Source of the DNA: Gammaproteobacteria bacterium
Lineage (GTDB): Bacteria > Pseudomonadota > Gammaproteobacteria > Competibacterales > Competibacteraceae
NCBI GenBank assembly: GCA_024235035.1
Contig: JACKNE010000016.1
Location: forward strand, 27,403-91,402
DNA length: 64,000 bases
Direction of reading: 5' to 3'
Shown in pieces: positions 1 to 11,201 of the stretch (position 1 is its first letter; each line of letters begins with the position of its first letter). A model generated the notes under the pieces. The model saw only the letters and a list, made by a program, of their open reading frames with translations, was not told the origin of the DNA and did not search any database. A program made the position numbers and the translations under genes.

Positions 1-781
1 TGGTGCAGAAGCGGAATTTGATCTCACCTTTCCACAGGATTATCCTGCTGGTGGCGTCGCTGGCAAGACCGCTCATATACAGGTCAAGCTCCATCGTGTT
101 GAGGAGGCAACCCTACCCGATGTAGATGACGCTTTCGCCGAAGGCTTTGATGTTCGCGAGGGCGGTGTGGCTGGGTTACGCCAGTCGCTGCGCGACAATA
201 TGGAGCGTGAACTGCGCGAAGGTATTAAAGCGATGGTCAAAAAACAGGTGATGCAAGGGTTGCTGGAAGCTAACCAGATTCCATTGCCTAAGATATTGGT
301 TGAGCAGGAGATTAACTACCTGGCGCACCAAATGATGAATATTCCCTCCAATACCGAGGATAACGATAAGATCAAGCATATTAAGCATCAACTGTTTGGC
401 GCCGAAGCCCGACGCCGGCTCACCCTTAGCTTGCTGATTTCCGATCTGGCGACAAGGCATCATATCGAACTCGATGAACAACGAGTGCGTGCCTACCTGG
501 AATCTGTGGCAGCTGCCTATGAAGAGCCTGACGAATGGATACGCTCGTGCGAGCAAGACGCACAGGCGCTTAACAATATCCGTGGTCTGGTATTCGAAGA
601 TCAAATAATCGAATGGGTGCTAGATAGAGCGCAACTCACTGAGAAGAAAAGCACCTTTTCAGAAGTGACCGCTCCTTTGCAGCAGCCGGCGATTCTGACC
701 GATCCGGGGCTTGTCGGTGCTGAAACGGTACCTTCTCCTCAACCGCCAGTTTCCTTGACCGATCAGGAGTCTTCCTTATGA
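1..781 (+). CDS. tig: trigger factor, C-terminal part (5' end outside window)
   Basis: Frame 2 is open from the window edge ([49 protein letters not shown]...). The stop overlaps the clpP start (ATGA). Position directly upstream of clpP-clpX is the conserved arrangement. Confidence 0.9.
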   Translation, partial: GAEAEFDLTFPQDYPAGGVAGKTAHIQVKLHRVEEATLPDVDDAFAEGFDVREGGVAGLRQSLRDNMERELREGIKAMVKKQVMQGLLEANQIPLPKILVEQEINYLAHQMMNIPSNTEDNDKIKHIKHQLFGAEARRRLTLSLLISDLATRHHIELDEQRVRAYLESVAAAYEEPDEWIRSCEQDAQALNNIRGLVFEDQIIEWVLDRAQLTEKKSTFSEVTAPLQQPAILTDPGLVGAETVPSPQPPVSLTDQESSL

Positions 782-1416
782 GCGAAAGCACAGCTTCGGC
801 AACGATTCGGGCGCTCAATCTCGTGCCTATCGTAGTAGAGCAGACCGCGCGTGGTGAGCGGGCTTATGATATCTACTCCCGTTTGCTCAAAGAGCGCGTG
901 GTGTTCCTGATCGGGCCCGTCGAGGATTACGCCGCAAATCTGGTCGTCGCTCAGTTGTTGTTTCTGGAAGCGGAGAACCCGGATAAGGATATTCACCTTT
1001 ATATCAACTCACCGGGGGGATCCGTCAGTGCCGGCTTGGCTATCTATGACACCATGCAGTTTATCAAGCCGGATATCAGCACCATGTGTGTGGGGCAGGC
1101 CGCTAGCATGGGTGCTTTACTGCTGACGGGTGGAACAAAGGGTAAGCGGTTTTGCTTGCCCCACTCGCGTATCATGATTCATCAGCCTCTGGGTGGTTTC
1201 CAGGGACAAGCCAGTGATATCGACATTCATGCTCGGGAGATCCTATTGGTTCGAGACCGGCTCAACCGTATTCTAGCTCGGCACACGGCTCAACCCGTCG
1301 AGAGAATTGCAGTGGATACCGACCGCGATAACTTCATGGGTGGCGCCGAAGCGGTTGAGTACGGTTTAATTGACGCTGTGCTCAACCAACGCCTCCCGGC
1401 AGTGGCAGCAGGCTGA
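778..1416 (+). CDS. clpP: ATP-dependent Clp protease proteolytic subunit
   Basis: 212 aa with the ClpP signatures [16 protein letters not shown] (catalytic Ser) and MIHQPLGG (catalytic His). Confidence 0.97.
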   Translation: MSESTASATIRALNLVPIVVEQTARGERAYDIYSRLLKERVVFLIGPVEDYAANLVVAQLLFLEAENPDKDIHLYINSPGGSVSAGLAIYDTMQFIKPDISTMCVGQAASMGALLLTGGTKGKRFCLPHSRIMIHQPLGGFQGQASDIDIHAREILLVRDRLNRILARHTAQPVERIAVDTDRDNFMGGAEAVEYGLIDAVLNQRLPAVAAG

Positions 1417-1497
1417 TTTCGATTTCTTAATGATACCGGTTACGCAGGCGAGGGAGTGTCGCGGCCGCGATGATCGCGCGACGATGAGGGTGGCAAA

Positions 1498-2784
1498 ATG
1501 GGTAGAAACCGAAGCGACAGAAGCGAAGACGATAAGCTGTTGTACTGTTCCTTTTGTGGTAAAAGCCAACATGAGGTGCGTAAGCTGATTGCTGGGCCAA
1601 ATGTATTTATTTGTGATGAATGCGTCGAGTTATGCAATGACATCATTCGTGAAGAGATGGAAGAGACTGCGCCAGCTACTGTTAGTCGCTTGCCCAAACC
1701 GCATGATATCAAACAGATTCTTGATGAATATGTGATTGGTCAAGAGCGTGCCAAGAAGGTTTTGTCAGTCGCCGTCTACAATCATTATAAACGTCAGGAA
1801 TTACAACAAGCTAGTCGAGGTCGTACCCCTGATATTGAGGTAACTAAAAGTAATATTTTGCTGATTGGTCCTACTGGTTCGGGCAAGACGCTGCTGGCGG
1901 AGACTTTGGCCCGTTTGTTGAATGTCCCTTTTACTATCGCCGATGCCACTACACTGACCGAGGCGGGTTATGTTGGCGAAGATGTGGAAAACATTATCCA
2001 GAAATTGTTGCAAAAATGTGATTATGATGTTGAAAGAGCACAGACCGGCATCGTTTATATTGACGAAATCGACAAAATTTCCCGAAAATCTGACAATCCT
2101 TCTATCACTCGTGACGTTTCGGGTGAAGGTGTACAACAAGCTTTGTTGAAATTGATTGAAGGAACCCTCGCCTCGGTGCCACCACAAGGTGGGCGCAAAC
2201 ATCCACAACAGGAGTTTCTGCAAGTAGACACTAGTAATATCTTATTTATTTGTGGTGGTGCATTCGCTGGTCTGGATAAGGTCATCCGTAGCCGTTCCGA
2301 GCAAGGTGGAATCGGATTTTCAGCGGAAGTCAAGAGTAAAGAGGGCGGCAAGAGCGTTGGCGAGGTGCTGATGGAAGTTGAGCCGGAGGACCTGATCAAA
2401 TATGGTCTGATCCCGGAATTTGTTGGCCGGTTGCCGGTTGTGGCGACCCTGACCGAATTGGATGAGCATGCCCTGGTGCGCATTCTGACCGAGCCCAAGA
2501 ATGCCATTACTAAACAATTCAAGAAATTGTTTGAGATGGAGGGCAGTGAATTGGAGCTGCGCGATGATGCGCTAAAGGCCATAGCACACCGAGCTATGGA
2601 ACGTAAGACCGGGGCGCGAGGTCTTAGAACTATTCTGGAGCATATTTTGCTGGATACGATGTACGATTTACCCAGCATGCAAGATGTTCACAAGGTGGTG
2701 ATTGACGATACCGTGGTGGAAGGCCGTGCTAAACCTTATTTCATCTATGAAAATGTTGAGCGGCGTGTTGCTAGCCACGACTGA
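1498..2784 (+). CDS. clpX: ATP-dependent Clp protease ATP-binding subunit ClpX
   Basis: 428 aa with an N-terminal zinc finger ([11 protein letters not shown]...FICDECV), Walker A GPTGSGKT and Walker B VYIDEIDK. Confidence 0.97.
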   Translation: MGRNRSDRSEDDKLLYCSFCGKSQHEVRKLIAGPNVFICDECVELCNDIIREEMEETAPATVSRLPKPHDIKQILDEYVIGQERAKKVLSVAVYNHYKRQELQQASRGRTPDIEVTKSNILLIGPTGSGKTLLAETLARLLNVPFTIADATTLTEAGYVGEDVENIIQKLLQKCDYDVERAQTGIVYIDEIDKISRKSDNPSITRDVSGEGVQQALLKLIEGTLASVPPQGGRKHPQQEFLQVDTSNILFICGGAFAGLDKVIRSRSEQGGIGFSAEVKSKEGGKSVGEVLMEVEPEDLIKYGLIPEFVGRLPVVATLTELDEHALVRILTEPKNAITKQFKKLFEMEGSELELRDDALKAIAHRAMERKTGARGLRTILEHILLDTMYDLPSMQDVHKVVIDDTVVEGRAKPYFIYENVERRVASHD

Positions 2785-2857
2785 TTCTGCCAGTTGATGT
2801 TATCGCAGTGGTACAAATGATCTTTAGAATGTCCTAGGTGGTTTCCTTAAATAAAAA

Positions 2858-2900
2858 CTCTCGGTGGGACGAGCATAGCCCGTCCCACCGAGAGTTTGAT
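2858..2900 (+). terminator. hairpin terminator downstream of clpX
   Basis: Perfect 14-bp inverted repeat ctctcggtgggacg / cgtcccaccgagag with a 9-nt loop, followed by a short T-containing tail. Confidence 0.6.
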
Positions 2901-3186
2901 GGATATCACCTTTTTCGGAAATCGTCTGAGGGCAAAGTTAGAGATTGTTAAATTGTTATCGTGGGACAGGTTTTCAGCCAGTCTGACTCGCGAGCATGGC
3001 TTTATCAAAGAATCGCTTATTCCAATCAGCTTGGCAGGCTAATGCACTCCAGATCGTAATCTTGTGTTGAAGATCATCAGTGCTGTCGCTTTTTCCAGGT
3101 GACCACTGTGCCAAATTGACATCACCCATGATCGATGGCCGTGGCCAGTTTAGCGGCCCGGTTAACCGCACCAGGAACAGCCCGCC

Positions 3187-5631
3187 ATGAAGCAGAACAC
3201 TACGTTTGATCATTTGCCTAGTCATGTGTTGATGCCGGTTTTACCGCTTCGCGATGTGGTCATCTATCCACATATGGTGATCCCACTGTTCGTCGGTCGC
3301 GAGAAATCTATTCATGCTCTCGATCTGGCAATGCAGAGCAATAAACGCATCGTTTTGGTTGCGCAGCGCGGGGCAGAGGTGGACGATCCAGGAATCGATG
3401 ATTTATACGACATTGGCACTCTGTCGAATATCTTGCAATTACTGCGATTGCCAGACGGTACGGTCAAGGTCTTGGTAGAAGGTAGCCAGCGGGTATGCAT
3501 CCATCGTTTCACTGAGACTCAATCTTGCTTCATTGCCAACATATCGCTGTTGGAGCCGATATCTGAGGAAGGTGAATCACAGGAAGCGCAAGCGTTGGTG
3601 CGCTCGCTGCTCGGTACCTTTGATCAGTACGTCAAGCTCAATAAGAAAATCCCTGGCGAAGTACTGACCTCGATTTCTGGTATCGACGATCCAGGTCGGC
3701 TAGCGGATACTATCGCCGCTCACATGACGCTTAAGCTCGACGAAAAACAAAAAATTTTAGAAATTCAAGATCTGCGTGAGCGTCTCGAATGCCTGTTAGC
3801 CCTGATCGAGGGCGAAATCGACATTCTGCAAGTCGAGAAGCGTATCCGTTCGCGAGTGAAGCAGCAAATGGAAAAAACCCAGCGCGAGTACTATCTGAAT
3901 GAGCAGATGAAAGCTATTCAGAAGGAACTTGGTGATCTGGAGGATGTGCCTAATGAAATTGAGGATCTCGCCCAACGGATTGAAAAAGCTGGAATGCCCA
4001 AGGAAGCTAAGGCCAAGGCGCAGACTGAGCTGAATAAGCTGAAGATGATGTCGCCTATGTCCGCCGAGGCGACCGTAGTGCGCAACTATGTGGACTGGTT
4101 GGTCAGCGTACCCTGGAAAAAGCGCACTAAAATTCATCAGAATCTAGTCGCTGCCGAAGGTATCCTGGAAGCCGATCACTATGATCTGGAGAAAGTCAAG
4201 GAACGGATTCTCGAGTATCTAGCCGTGCAGCAGAGGGCGCGCAAGCTCAAAGGGCCGATTCTCTGTTTGGTGGGGCCGCCTGGGGTGGGTAAGACCTCGC
4301 TGGGGCGGTCTATCGCCCGTGCCACCAACCGGAAATTTGTGCGGATGTCATTGGGTGGGGTGCGTGATGAGGCGGAAATTCGTGGTCATCGTCGCACCTA
4401 TATTGGCTCGCTGCCAGGTAAGATTATCCAGAACCTAGTCAAGGTTGAAGTGCGTAACCCGCTGTTCCTGTTCGACGAGATTGACAAGATGTCAATGGAT
4501 TTTCGCGGCGATCCGTCATCGGCATTGTTGGAGGTTCTTGATCCTGAACAGAACAATACCTTCAGCGACCACTATATGGAGGTCGATTTTGATCTGTCGG
4601 ATGTGATGTTTGTCGCAACCGCCAATTCGCTGAGCATCCCGCCGCCACTATTGGATCGCATGGAGGTCATTCGCATTCCGGGTTATACCGAAGACGAGAA
4701 ACTCAATATCGCTTCGCGCTATCTGGTCGCCAAACAGATGACCAATCATGGTTTGAAGAAGGGTGAGTTGGAGATTACCGGGGATGCTGTCCTCGATATC
4801 ATCCGCTTCTATACCCGAGAAGCTGGAGTGCGGAATCTGGAGCGAGAAATCGCTAAGATCTGTCGCAAGGTAGTTAAAGAAATTACCTTGAAGCCGGTCG
4901 AGAACATCATCACTGTCACACCCAGTGGATTGGAAAAATATCTAGGTGTACGACGATTCCGCTACGGTCTGGCTGAAGAGCAAGACCAGATTGGGCAGGT
5001 GACCGGACTGGCCTGGACCGAGGTAGGTGGTGAACTGCTGAGTATTGAAGCGGCCCTAGTGCCCGGCAAGGGCAAGCTGATCCATACCGGCCAATTGGGT
5101 GAAGTCATGCAGGAATCCATTCAGGCGGCGATGACCGTGGTCCGTAGTCGCGTTGAAGCGCTTGGCGTCGATCCGGAGTTCTATCAGAAGCTTGATGTGC
5201 ATATTCATGTTCCGGAAGGCGCGACGCCAAAAGATGGCCCAAGTGCTGGTATCGGCATGTGTACAGCGCTGATCTCGGTGCTCACTCGCATCCCGGTGCA
5301 TGCCAATGTGGCGATGACTGGTGAAATCACCTTGCGCGGCGAGGTGTTGCCAATTGGCGGTTTGAAAGAGAAATTGCTGGCGGCTCATCGAGGCAGCATT
5401 TCGACCGTGGTGATTCCCGAGGAGAACCGCAAGGATCTGACCGAGATTCCGGCCAATATCCTGGCCAAGCTGGACGTGCGCCCGGTGCGCTGGATCGACC
5501 AGGTGTTGGAAATTGCCCTGCAGACGCTGCCACAACCCTGTTCCCAGGGGACAACTGAATCAGGGGAGCCTGCAACACCGGAATCTGCAGTCAAAACAAG
5601 CAATGCACTGGAGGGAGTACGTGCTCATTGA
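3187..5631 (+). CDS. lon: Lon protease (endopeptidase La)
   Basis: 814 aa with an N-terminal LON domain ([20 protein letters not shown]), Walker [10 protein letters not shown] and the protease serine motif PKDGPSAG. Confidence 0.97.
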   Translation: MKQNTTFDHLPSHVLMPVLPLRDVVIYPHMVIPLFVGREKSIHALDLAMQSNKRIVLVAQRGAEVDDPGIDDLYDIGTLSNILQLLRLPDGTVKVLVEGSQRVCIHRFTETQSCFIANISLLEPISEEGESQEAQALVRSLLGTFDQYVKLNKKIPGEVLTSISGIDDPGRLADTIAAHMTLKLDEKQKILEIQDLRERLECLLALIEGEIDILQVEKRIRSRVKQQMEKTQREYYLNEQMKAIQKELGDLEDVPNEIEDLAQRIEKAGMPKEAKAKAQTELNKLKMMSPMSAEATVVRNYVDWLVSVPWKKRTKIHQNLVAAEGILEADHYDLEKVKERILEYLAVQQRARKLKGPILCLVGPPGVGKTSLGRSIARATNRKFVRMSLGGVRDEAEIRGHRRTYIGSLPGKIIQNLVKVEVRNPLFLFDEIDKMSMDFRGDPSSALLEVLDPEQNNTFSDHYMEVDFDLSDVMFVATANSLSIPPPLLDRMEVIRIPGYTEDEKLNIASRYLVAKQMTNHGLKKGELEITGDAVLDIIRFYTREAGVRNLEREIAKICRKVVKEITLKPVENIITVTPSGLEKYLGVRRFRYGLAEEQDQIGQVTGLAWTEVGGELLSIEAALVPGKGKLIHTGQLGEVMQESIQAAMTVVRSRVEALGVDPEFYQKLDVHIHVPEGATPKDGPSAGIGMCTALISVLTRIPVHANVAMTGEITLRGEVLPIGGLKEKLLAAHRGSISTVVIPEENRKDLTEIPANILAKLDVRPVRWIDQVLEIALQTLPQPCSQGTTESGEPATPESAVKTSNALEGVRAH

Positions 5632-5787
5632 GGCGGCTGGAGAATGTTTCCGTGCGCTAATTGACACTGCTTTAAACGCCCTGTTATAAGGCGCTTTCTT
5701 GTTGTACTTGCCGGCGCGCTGATTTCTTTAATCCTGCGGCGCGGCGGTGCCGCGCTGAACAACAGATAACACTGCAAAGGAAAGAAT

Positions 5788-6060
5788 ATGAACAAAACTG
5801 AACTGATCGAGGCTGTTGCCCAGGCATCCGACTTGTCCAAAGCAGCGGCAGGTAAGGCGATTGACGCCGTACTAGATGCCATCAGCAAGGCCCTCAAGGG
5901 GGGAGACACTGTGGTGCTGACCGGCTTTGGTACATTTTCGATACGGGAGCGTCCGGCGCGGACCGGCCATAATCCGAAAACCGGTGAAGCCATGGAGATC
6001 AAAGCCAGCAAAGCGCCGGTTTTTAAGGCTGGCAAAACGTTCAAGGATACAGTAAAGTAG
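5788..6060 (+). CDS. hupB: DNA-binding protein HU
   Basis: 90 aa, MNKTELIEAVA..., with the DNA-binding arm RPARTGHNPKTGE. Sits downstream of lon as in many proteobacteria. Confidence 0.95.
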   Translation: MNKTELIEAVAQASDLSKAAAGKAIDAVLDAISKALKGGDTVVLTGFGTFSIRERPARTGHNPKTGEAMEIKASKAPVFKAGKTFKDTVK

Positions 6061-6076
6061 TCGTTCTTTATTTTAA

Positions 6077-6152
6077 GGGTGCTTAGCTCAGTTGGGAGAG
6101 CATCGCCCTTACAAGGCGAGGGTCGGGGGTTCAAGCCCCTCAGCACCCACCA
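6077..6152 (+). tRNA. tRNA-Val (anticodon TAC)
   Basis: 76 nt, gggtgcttagctcagttggg...cagcacccacca. Anticodon stem tcgcc/ggcga with loop cTTACAa, T-arm ggttcaagccc and an encoded CCA. Confidence 0.9.
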
Positions 6153-6165
6153 CAGTTTAGAATTC

Positions 6166-6242
6166 GGAGCGGTAGTTCAGTCGGTTAGAATACCGGCCTG
6201 TCACGCCGGGGGTCGCGGGTTCGAGTCCCGTCCGCTCCGCCA
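6166..6242 (+). tRNA. tRNA-Asp (anticodon GTC), copy 1
   Basis: 77 nt, ggagcggtagttcagtcggttagaata... Anticodon stem ccggc/gccgg with loop ctGTCac, T-arm ggttcgagtcc and an encoded CCA. Confidence 0.9.
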
Positions 6243-6297
6243 ATTTTTGAATTGAGCCTCCCTTTATTCAGGTTGGCCATGGCCAAGTTTTCAGTTT

Positions 6298-6374
6298 GGA
6301 GCGGTAGTTCAGTCGGTTAGAATACCGGCCTGTCACGCCGGGGGTCGCGGGTTCGAGTCCCGTCCGCTCCGCCA
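6298..6374 (+). tRNA. tRNA-Asp (anticodon GTC), copy 2
   Basis: Identical 77-nt sequence to copy 1, separated from it by a 55-nt spacer. Confidence 0.9.
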
Positions 6375-6381
6375 ACTCCTA

Positions 6382-6406
6382 GGGGTGTCGCTTAGACACC
6401 CCTTTT
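6382..6406 (+). terminator. rho-independent terminator after the tRNA cluster
   Basis: ggggtgtc-gctta-gacacccc (8-bp perfect stem) followed by TTTT. Confidence 0.75.
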
Positions 6407-6496
6407 GCGTGCATTTACTACATCTTTCATTTCTCTATGGTGGCTATTTTACTCCCTATTTCCTTCCAGTGATCCGACCTGAAACTGGGTACCGCT

Positions 6497-8422
6497 ATGC
6501 TATTACAGAAAATCCGCGATCATGCTCAAGGCTGGTTCGCCTATACGATCATCGGTTTGTTGACCATTCCGTTCGCGGTATGGGGCATTAATTATTATTT
6601 CGAAGGTGGTGGGCCGATGGATGCTGCCATCATCGGCGATGGGAAGATTTCCTTGCAGGAATATCAACGCGCCTATCAGCAACAACGGCAGCGTTTACAG
6701 GCGATGATGGGCGATAGCCTGAACCAGTCTTTGCTAGAAGGATCAGGGCTGAAACAAGATGTATTACGGCAACTGATCGACGAGCGAGTACTGACTCAGT
6801 TAGCTCGTGATCAACGCCTGCGGGTCGGCGACCAGCAGCTGCACGATGCCCTGCTAGCATTGCCGATCTTCCAGCAAAATGGTGGTTTTAACAAAGAATT
6901 ATATGAGCGGTTGCTGCGCAATCAAGGATATACCATAGCAACCTTCGAGGAGGGCTTACGGCTGTCATTGGCGACGGAGCAATTGCGCGCTGGTGTCGTA
7001 GCCTCGGCCCTGGCGACGCCAGCGGAACTTGAGAAGATCATTGCTCTGCTTAAGCAGCAGCGGGAAGTACAGTATCTGGTATTACCATTGGCCCAGTATG
7101 CGGCCAAGATTAATGTTGCAGAAAGTGCGATACAGGATTATTTCGAGAAACATCGGGAGCGCTTTGTCCATCCTGAGCAGGTGCAGGTGCAATTTCTCGA
7201 ACTAAAGCTGTCGGGAATTGCTGAGCAGATCACTGTCAGCGAGGACGAATTAAAAGCGGCTTATGAAACGCAGATTGACCGCTATGGCCGCCCCGAAGAG
7301 CGCTCGGCCTCCCACATTCTGGTCAAGTTGTCGCCGACTGCGACCCAGGAGGAGGTGAAGCAGGTGGAAGTAGAGGCGCAGCGGATTGCCGATGAAATTC
7401 GCTCTGGGACCAAGAGTTTCGATCAAGCCTTGGCTGAGGCCCAAGCTGAAGCTTCTTCTGGCAAGCTAGAAGGGGGGGGGCTGGGGGTCATCAGCAAGGG
7501 CATGTTTGACAGTCCTGCATTCGAAGATGCCTTGTATGCGTTGGAGAAACCCGGTGACGTGAGCGAACCGGTGCGGATGCCATCTGGTTTTCACATCATT
7601 CGACTGGATCAGCTGACTCCAGCCCAAGTGAAATCCTTTGCGGAAGTGCGCGAGAGCCTCGCTCAGGAGTTGCGCCAACAACAGGCTGAGAACCGTTTCT
7701 ACGAGATTACCCAGATGTTGGCCAATCTGAGCTACGAACATCCAGATAGTTTGGAACCGGCGGCGAAAACGCTGGAGGCGCCGATTCAGGAGAGTGGTTG
7801 GTTCGATCGTCAGGGAGGAGAGGGGATTGCTAAACAGCCTAAGGTGATCGAGGCTGCTTTCAGCGAGGATGTCCTTAAGCGCGGCATCAATAGCGAACCG
7901 CTCGAATTGGAGCCAGGCCATGTGGTGGTGTTGCGGGTCAAGGAGCATAAGGAAGCTACGCCACGCACGTTGGAGGAATCCCACGATGAGATCGTCGCAA
8001 TATTACGCGAGCAGCAAGCCCGGGAAGCCTTGGCCAAGGACATCGAGACCTTGAAAAAGCGGGCGATCCAGGGCGAGCACTTGCAAACCCTGGCGCGGGA
8101 ATTTGGTGGAGATTTCAAGAATGCCGGTCTGGTCGGTCGCGATACGCCGTCGATGGACAACACCGTGCTGGCAGCCGCTTTCCGCTTGCCACAACCGGAG
8201 ACTGGCCAGGTAGCGCTAGGTTTGGCCACTTTGGCTAACGGCGATCAGGTGGTGCTGGAAGTATTGCGGGTGGTGTCTGGCGCGCCCGATGCGGTATCCG
8301 AAGACGAGCGCAAGACATTGGCGCAGCAGTTGGCGCAACAAACCGGTTCCGAGCAGTTCAACGGTCTGCTGGATAGTGTGAGGGCCAAGACCAAGATTGT
8401 GACGTACAACGACCGACTATAG
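6497..8422 (+). CDS. ppiD: periplasmic chaperone / peptidyl-prolyl isomerase PpiD
   Basis: 641 aa with an N-terminal membrane anchor (GWFAYTIIGLLTIPFAVWGI) and a parvulin-like core (ASHILVK...GFHIIRL). Conserved position after hupB and the tRNAs. Confidence 0.9.
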   Translation: MLLQKIRDHAQGWFAYTIIGLLTIPFAVWGINYYFEGGGPMDAAIIGDGKISLQEYQRAYQQQRQRLQAMMGDSLNQSLLEGSGLKQDVLRQLIDERVLTQLARDQRLRVGDQQLHDALLALPIFQQNGGFNKELYERLLRNQGYTIATFEEGLRLSLATEQLRAGVVASALATPAELEKIIALLKQQREVQYLVLPLAQYAAKINVAESAIQDYFEKHRERFVHPEQVQVQFLELKLSGIAEQITVSEDELKAAYETQIDRYGRPEERSASHILVKLSPTATQEEVKQVEVEAQRIADEIRSGTKSFDQALAEAQAEASSGKLEGGGLGVISKGMFDSPAFEDALYALEKPGDVSEPVRMPSGFHIIRLDQLTPAQVKSFAEVRESLAQELRQQQAENRFYEITQMLANLSYEHPDSLEPAAKTLEAPIQESGWFDRQGGEGIAKQPKVIEAAFSEDVLKRGINSEPLELEPGHVVVLRVKEHKEATPRTLEESHDEIVAILREQQAREALAKDIETLKKRAIQGEHLQTLAREFGGDFKNAGLVGRDTPSMDNTVLAAAFRLPQPETGQVALGLATLANGDQVVLEVLRVVSGAPDAVSEDERKTLAQQLAQQTGSEQFNGLLDSVRAKTKIVTYNDRL

Positions 8423-8642
8423 TTCTCAAGGCTCAGAATCAAAGCAGTGCGATCGTTGCCAACATGATGCTTCACACGGTCGGTATCGCGAATCTCACTG
8501 CCGTTGACCGCCCCTCTTGATCATCTGTTTTTGCACCTCGGCAGATAAACACGGTAGCGGCACTCCTAAATGAGTATCCGATGGTGAAGGGCGTGGGTAA
8601 GGATACCGTTTCGATCGTACCTATGAAAATATATTGATGATA

Positions 8643-9914
8643 CTACTGAAATATCTTTTGGAGTTGCTGAGAGGTGTATGGTTTGAAAATACCTTCCTCA
8701 AAAAAATAGGGCTGTACAAAGTCAGAACCCTGATTGTCGCTAGTAAAATCTAATGCTAATCCACCGAGGTCGAAGGTCTTGCCTCTCACTGCAGCGAGGA
8801 AATTGGTCCGGGTGATGTCGCCTTTAATGTTGCGCATGATGACGAGAAACATTTTACCAACGATGTATCCTTCTAGTGAAGAACTATTAAGTTGATCACC
8901 TAAAATCTCTCGTGCCTCATTGACAATCGGTAAAGATGAATCTATAGAAGGCACAACTTGCGTTAGAATAATATTTCCTAAGACTGTATAGTTTTTTACA
9001 TCTTCTATAAAAGTATCAACTTCAAGCTGAGACGTTACGCTAAATATCCATTTTTCTTGCTTGTAGTTAGCATAGCCTATAAAACTGCTAGTAGGCATAT
9101 TTCCACCACCCAATAGCATCACTAAACGACACTTGGTGTGAGCGGTTTCCTCCCATTTCTTCAAAGATTCATATCCGGGGCGCGCCAATTTCTGTGTATG
9201 CCGCTCGAAAAATCCGACCGGACCGATACCGTTACGCTTAGAGTCCCCATCTGGAAGAGCAATAATTTCGTTTATCTTGAGAACAATTTCAGCTGTATTC
9301 GGTTGTTTTTCCAATGCAGCCTTAAACATCTTTAAATTACCGATACCCCCAGCATCATTAGGGGTGTAAACACAAATCTCTTTCGGTTTCACGCCGGCAG
9401 AAAGTGCAGTTTTTAATACCAATTCTGCTTCTTGTCCAAAACTTGGTCTGAAGTTGATAATATCGCCGATACCAGGACGTAAAAAATCGACGCCGATAGG
9501 AAAACCAACTGCAGGAACTTTATTTTCCGCTAGCAATGGTAATTCTGCTTTGACTGTAGGACCACCAGTATTAGCGATCATAACGAATGTGCCTTGCTCA
9601 ATCAGTTTTTTTAAGCCTTCAACCGATTTTTGAGGATTATAGGAATCGTTAAAGACGGCCAGCTCAATGGTACGGCCTTCAATTTTTTCGTTTTTAAATG
9701 CATTTTCAAGACCTAACTTGATCGCTTGACTACGCATTTGGGTCTCGTCATCTAAATCCATGATCGAACCGACCCGAATAGAGGTAGGTGTGACGCCATT
9801 GCGTTGAGTATCTGCGCTATGGCAGATCTGGCTTGAAGTAATCAAGCATAAAAAACTAGTAACTATCATAAGAATATATTTTCTATATAAATATCTATTA
9901 TTTTTAGTATACAT
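8643..9914 (-). CDS. orphan periplasmic substrate-binding protein (Leu/Ile/Val-binding-like, type I PBP fold)
   Basis: 423 aa with a signal/anchor segment (ILMIVTSFLCLITSSQICHSA). Overall pattern resembles branched-chain amino-acid-type binding proteins (IRVGSIMDL...GRTIELAVFNDSYNPQKSVEG...VMIANTGGPT...VPAVGFP). No permease or ATPase genes are adjacent. The gene is visibly AT-rich (a sampled 60-mer is about 37% GC versus about 62% in ppiD). Confidence 0.6.
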   Translation of the reverse strand: MYTKNNRYLYRKYILMIVTSFLCLITSSQICHSADTQRNGVTPTSIRVGSIMDLDDETQMRSQAIKLGLENAFKNEKIEGRTIELAVFNDSYNPQKSVEGLKKLIEQGTFVMIANTGGPTVKAELPLLAENKVPAVGFPIGVDFLRPGIGDIINFRPSFGQEAELVLKTALSAGVKPKEICVYTPNDAGGIGNLKMFKAALEKQPNTAEIVLKINEIIALPDGDSKRNGIGPVGFFERHTQKLARPGYESLKKWEETAHTKCRLVMLLGGGNMPTSSFIGYANYKQEKWIFSVTSQLEVDTFIEDVKNYTVLGNIILTQVVPSIDSSLPIVNEAREILGDQLNSSSLEGYIVGKMFLVIMRNIKGDITRTNFLAAVRGKTFDLGGLALDFTSDNQGSDFVQPYFFEEGIFKPYTSQQLQKIFQ

Positions 9915-9929
9915 AACTACCGATTCCTA

Positions 9930-10293
9930 TGTGATTGATAGGCCTTTGAAAAGGAGCTGGTTTTGGGTGATACAGGCTATTCTTTGAAAAGTAGTGCAGG
10001 CTAGCCTCCAAGCGATAAAAGAGAAGGCGCTAGTGCATCGTTTGCGGCTGACCGCTGCATTGACCGAAGATCTTGACGATGTGTGGCTGGATAGGCGCAA
10101 AGTCAAGCAGATTCTCCACAATCTATTGTCGGATGCTGTGAAATTCAGGGTTGTTGGGGTTGGTTATGGTACGGGCGTTTGGCTTAACTGCACAGAGGGG
10201 ACAGTAGCGCTGCACAGCGAGCCGGGTAAGGATTCGACATTTGCCGTGTGGCGATTGCCCGCGCCGTCGCCACCGAATCCGCATTCGAATTAG
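9930..10293 (+). pseudogene. 3' remnant of a sensor histidine kinase (HATPase_c fragment)
   Basis: The translation keeps the N-box region (RRKVKQILHNLLSDAVKF). It then jumps to the end of the ATPase domain (G..GTGVWL...ALHSEPGKDSTFAVWRLP). There is an in-frame stop upstream at about 9990. No HisKA or sensor part is present and roughly 50 aa are missing internally. Confidence 0.65.
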
Positions 10294-10349
10294 CGGTCAA
10301 AGAAGTACCAGACGCCACACCCTTGATATTCGGTTACCCAGTGCAGCGC

Positions 10350-11135
10350 TTACTCCATCGCCCCCAATGCGACCGTATTAAAACCGCCATCGACATAGAC
10401 GATCTCGCCGGTAATGCCGGAGGCCAGATCGGAGCACAGAAATGCGGCGGTATTGCCGACCTCTTCGATAGTCACGCATTTGCGTAACGGGGCGATGTGC
10501 TCGAAGGTGTCCAGCATCTTGCGAAAATTCTTGATGCCGGAAGCCGCTAGGGTGCGGATCGGTCCGGCGGAGATCGCATTGACCCGGATGCCCTCCGGCC
10601 CTAACGTTTGCGCCAGATAGCGAACATTCGCGTCCAAGCTAGCCTTGGCTAAACCCATGACGTTGTAGTTCGGCACCGCCCGCGCACCGCCCAGATAGGT
10701 CATGGTGATCAGCGCTCCCCGCCGGTCTTTCATCAATGGTCGGGCTGCTTTGGCCAGCGCCGCAAAGCTATAAGAGCTGATCTCGTGAGCGATACGAAAA
10801 TTCTCACGGCTGATCCCTTCCAGAAAATCGCCTTCCAGCGCTTCGCGCGGTGCGTAGGCGATGGAATGCACGATGATATCCAGCCCATCCCAATGTGGTT
10901 TGAGGGCTTCGAACAAGCCATCAATGTCGGCGTCACGCTCTACATCACAGGGTAGAGTGATCGAACTGTTCAATTCGGCGGCCATTTTTTCGGCGCGAGG
11001 TTGCAGCTTGTCATTCTGATACGTCAAGGCGAGTTCGGCGCCCTCCCGGTGCATGGCCTGGGCAATGCCCCAAGCGATGGAACGGTTGCTGGCGACTCCC
11101 AGAATCAGGGCGCGTTTGCCGGCGAGAAAGCCCAT
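10350..11135 (-). CDS. fabI: enoyl-[acyl-carrier-protein] reductase (NADH)
   Basis: 261 aa, [25 protein letters not shown]..., with the Y-x6-K region ([20 protein letters not shown]). Typical FabI throughout. Confidence 0.95.
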   Translation of the reverse strand: MGFLAGKRALILGVASNRSIAWGIAQAMHREGAELALTYQNDKLQPRAEKMAAELNSSITLPCDVERDADIDGLFEALKPHWDGLDIIVHSIAYAPREALEGDFLEGISRENFRIAHEISSYSFAALAKAARPLMKDRRGALITMTYLGGARAVPNYNVMGLAKASLDANVRYLAQTLGPEGIRVNAISAGPIRTLAASGIKNFRKMLDTFEHIAPLRKCVTIEEVGNTAAFLCSDLASGITGEIVYVDGGFNTVALGAME

Positions 11136-11201
11136 AATGAACTCCTGTGATGTTTAGCGATGATCTGAATTTGTTGAGTCGACGAACTGTAAAGGATAGA
11201 C

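Noticed and set aside
2055-2678. 207-aa minus-strand ORF inside clpX. Similar antisense ORFs lie inside lon, ppiD, the ACADs, etfAB, the kinase, ppk and the P-type ATPase.
   Set aside because: All are antisense to strongly supported genes and lack motifs, so they were treated as spurious.
2901-3186. Sigma-32 heat-shock promoter upstream of lon
   Set aside because: One is expected biologically. I found only a weak CCCAT-like element (about 3125) without a properly spaced CTTGAA-like -35 element, which is not enough to call.
5625-6146. 173-aa minus-strand ORF overlapping hupB and tRNA-Val
   Set aside because: It overlaps a well-supported HU gene and a tRNA and has no motifs. It is a shadow ORF.
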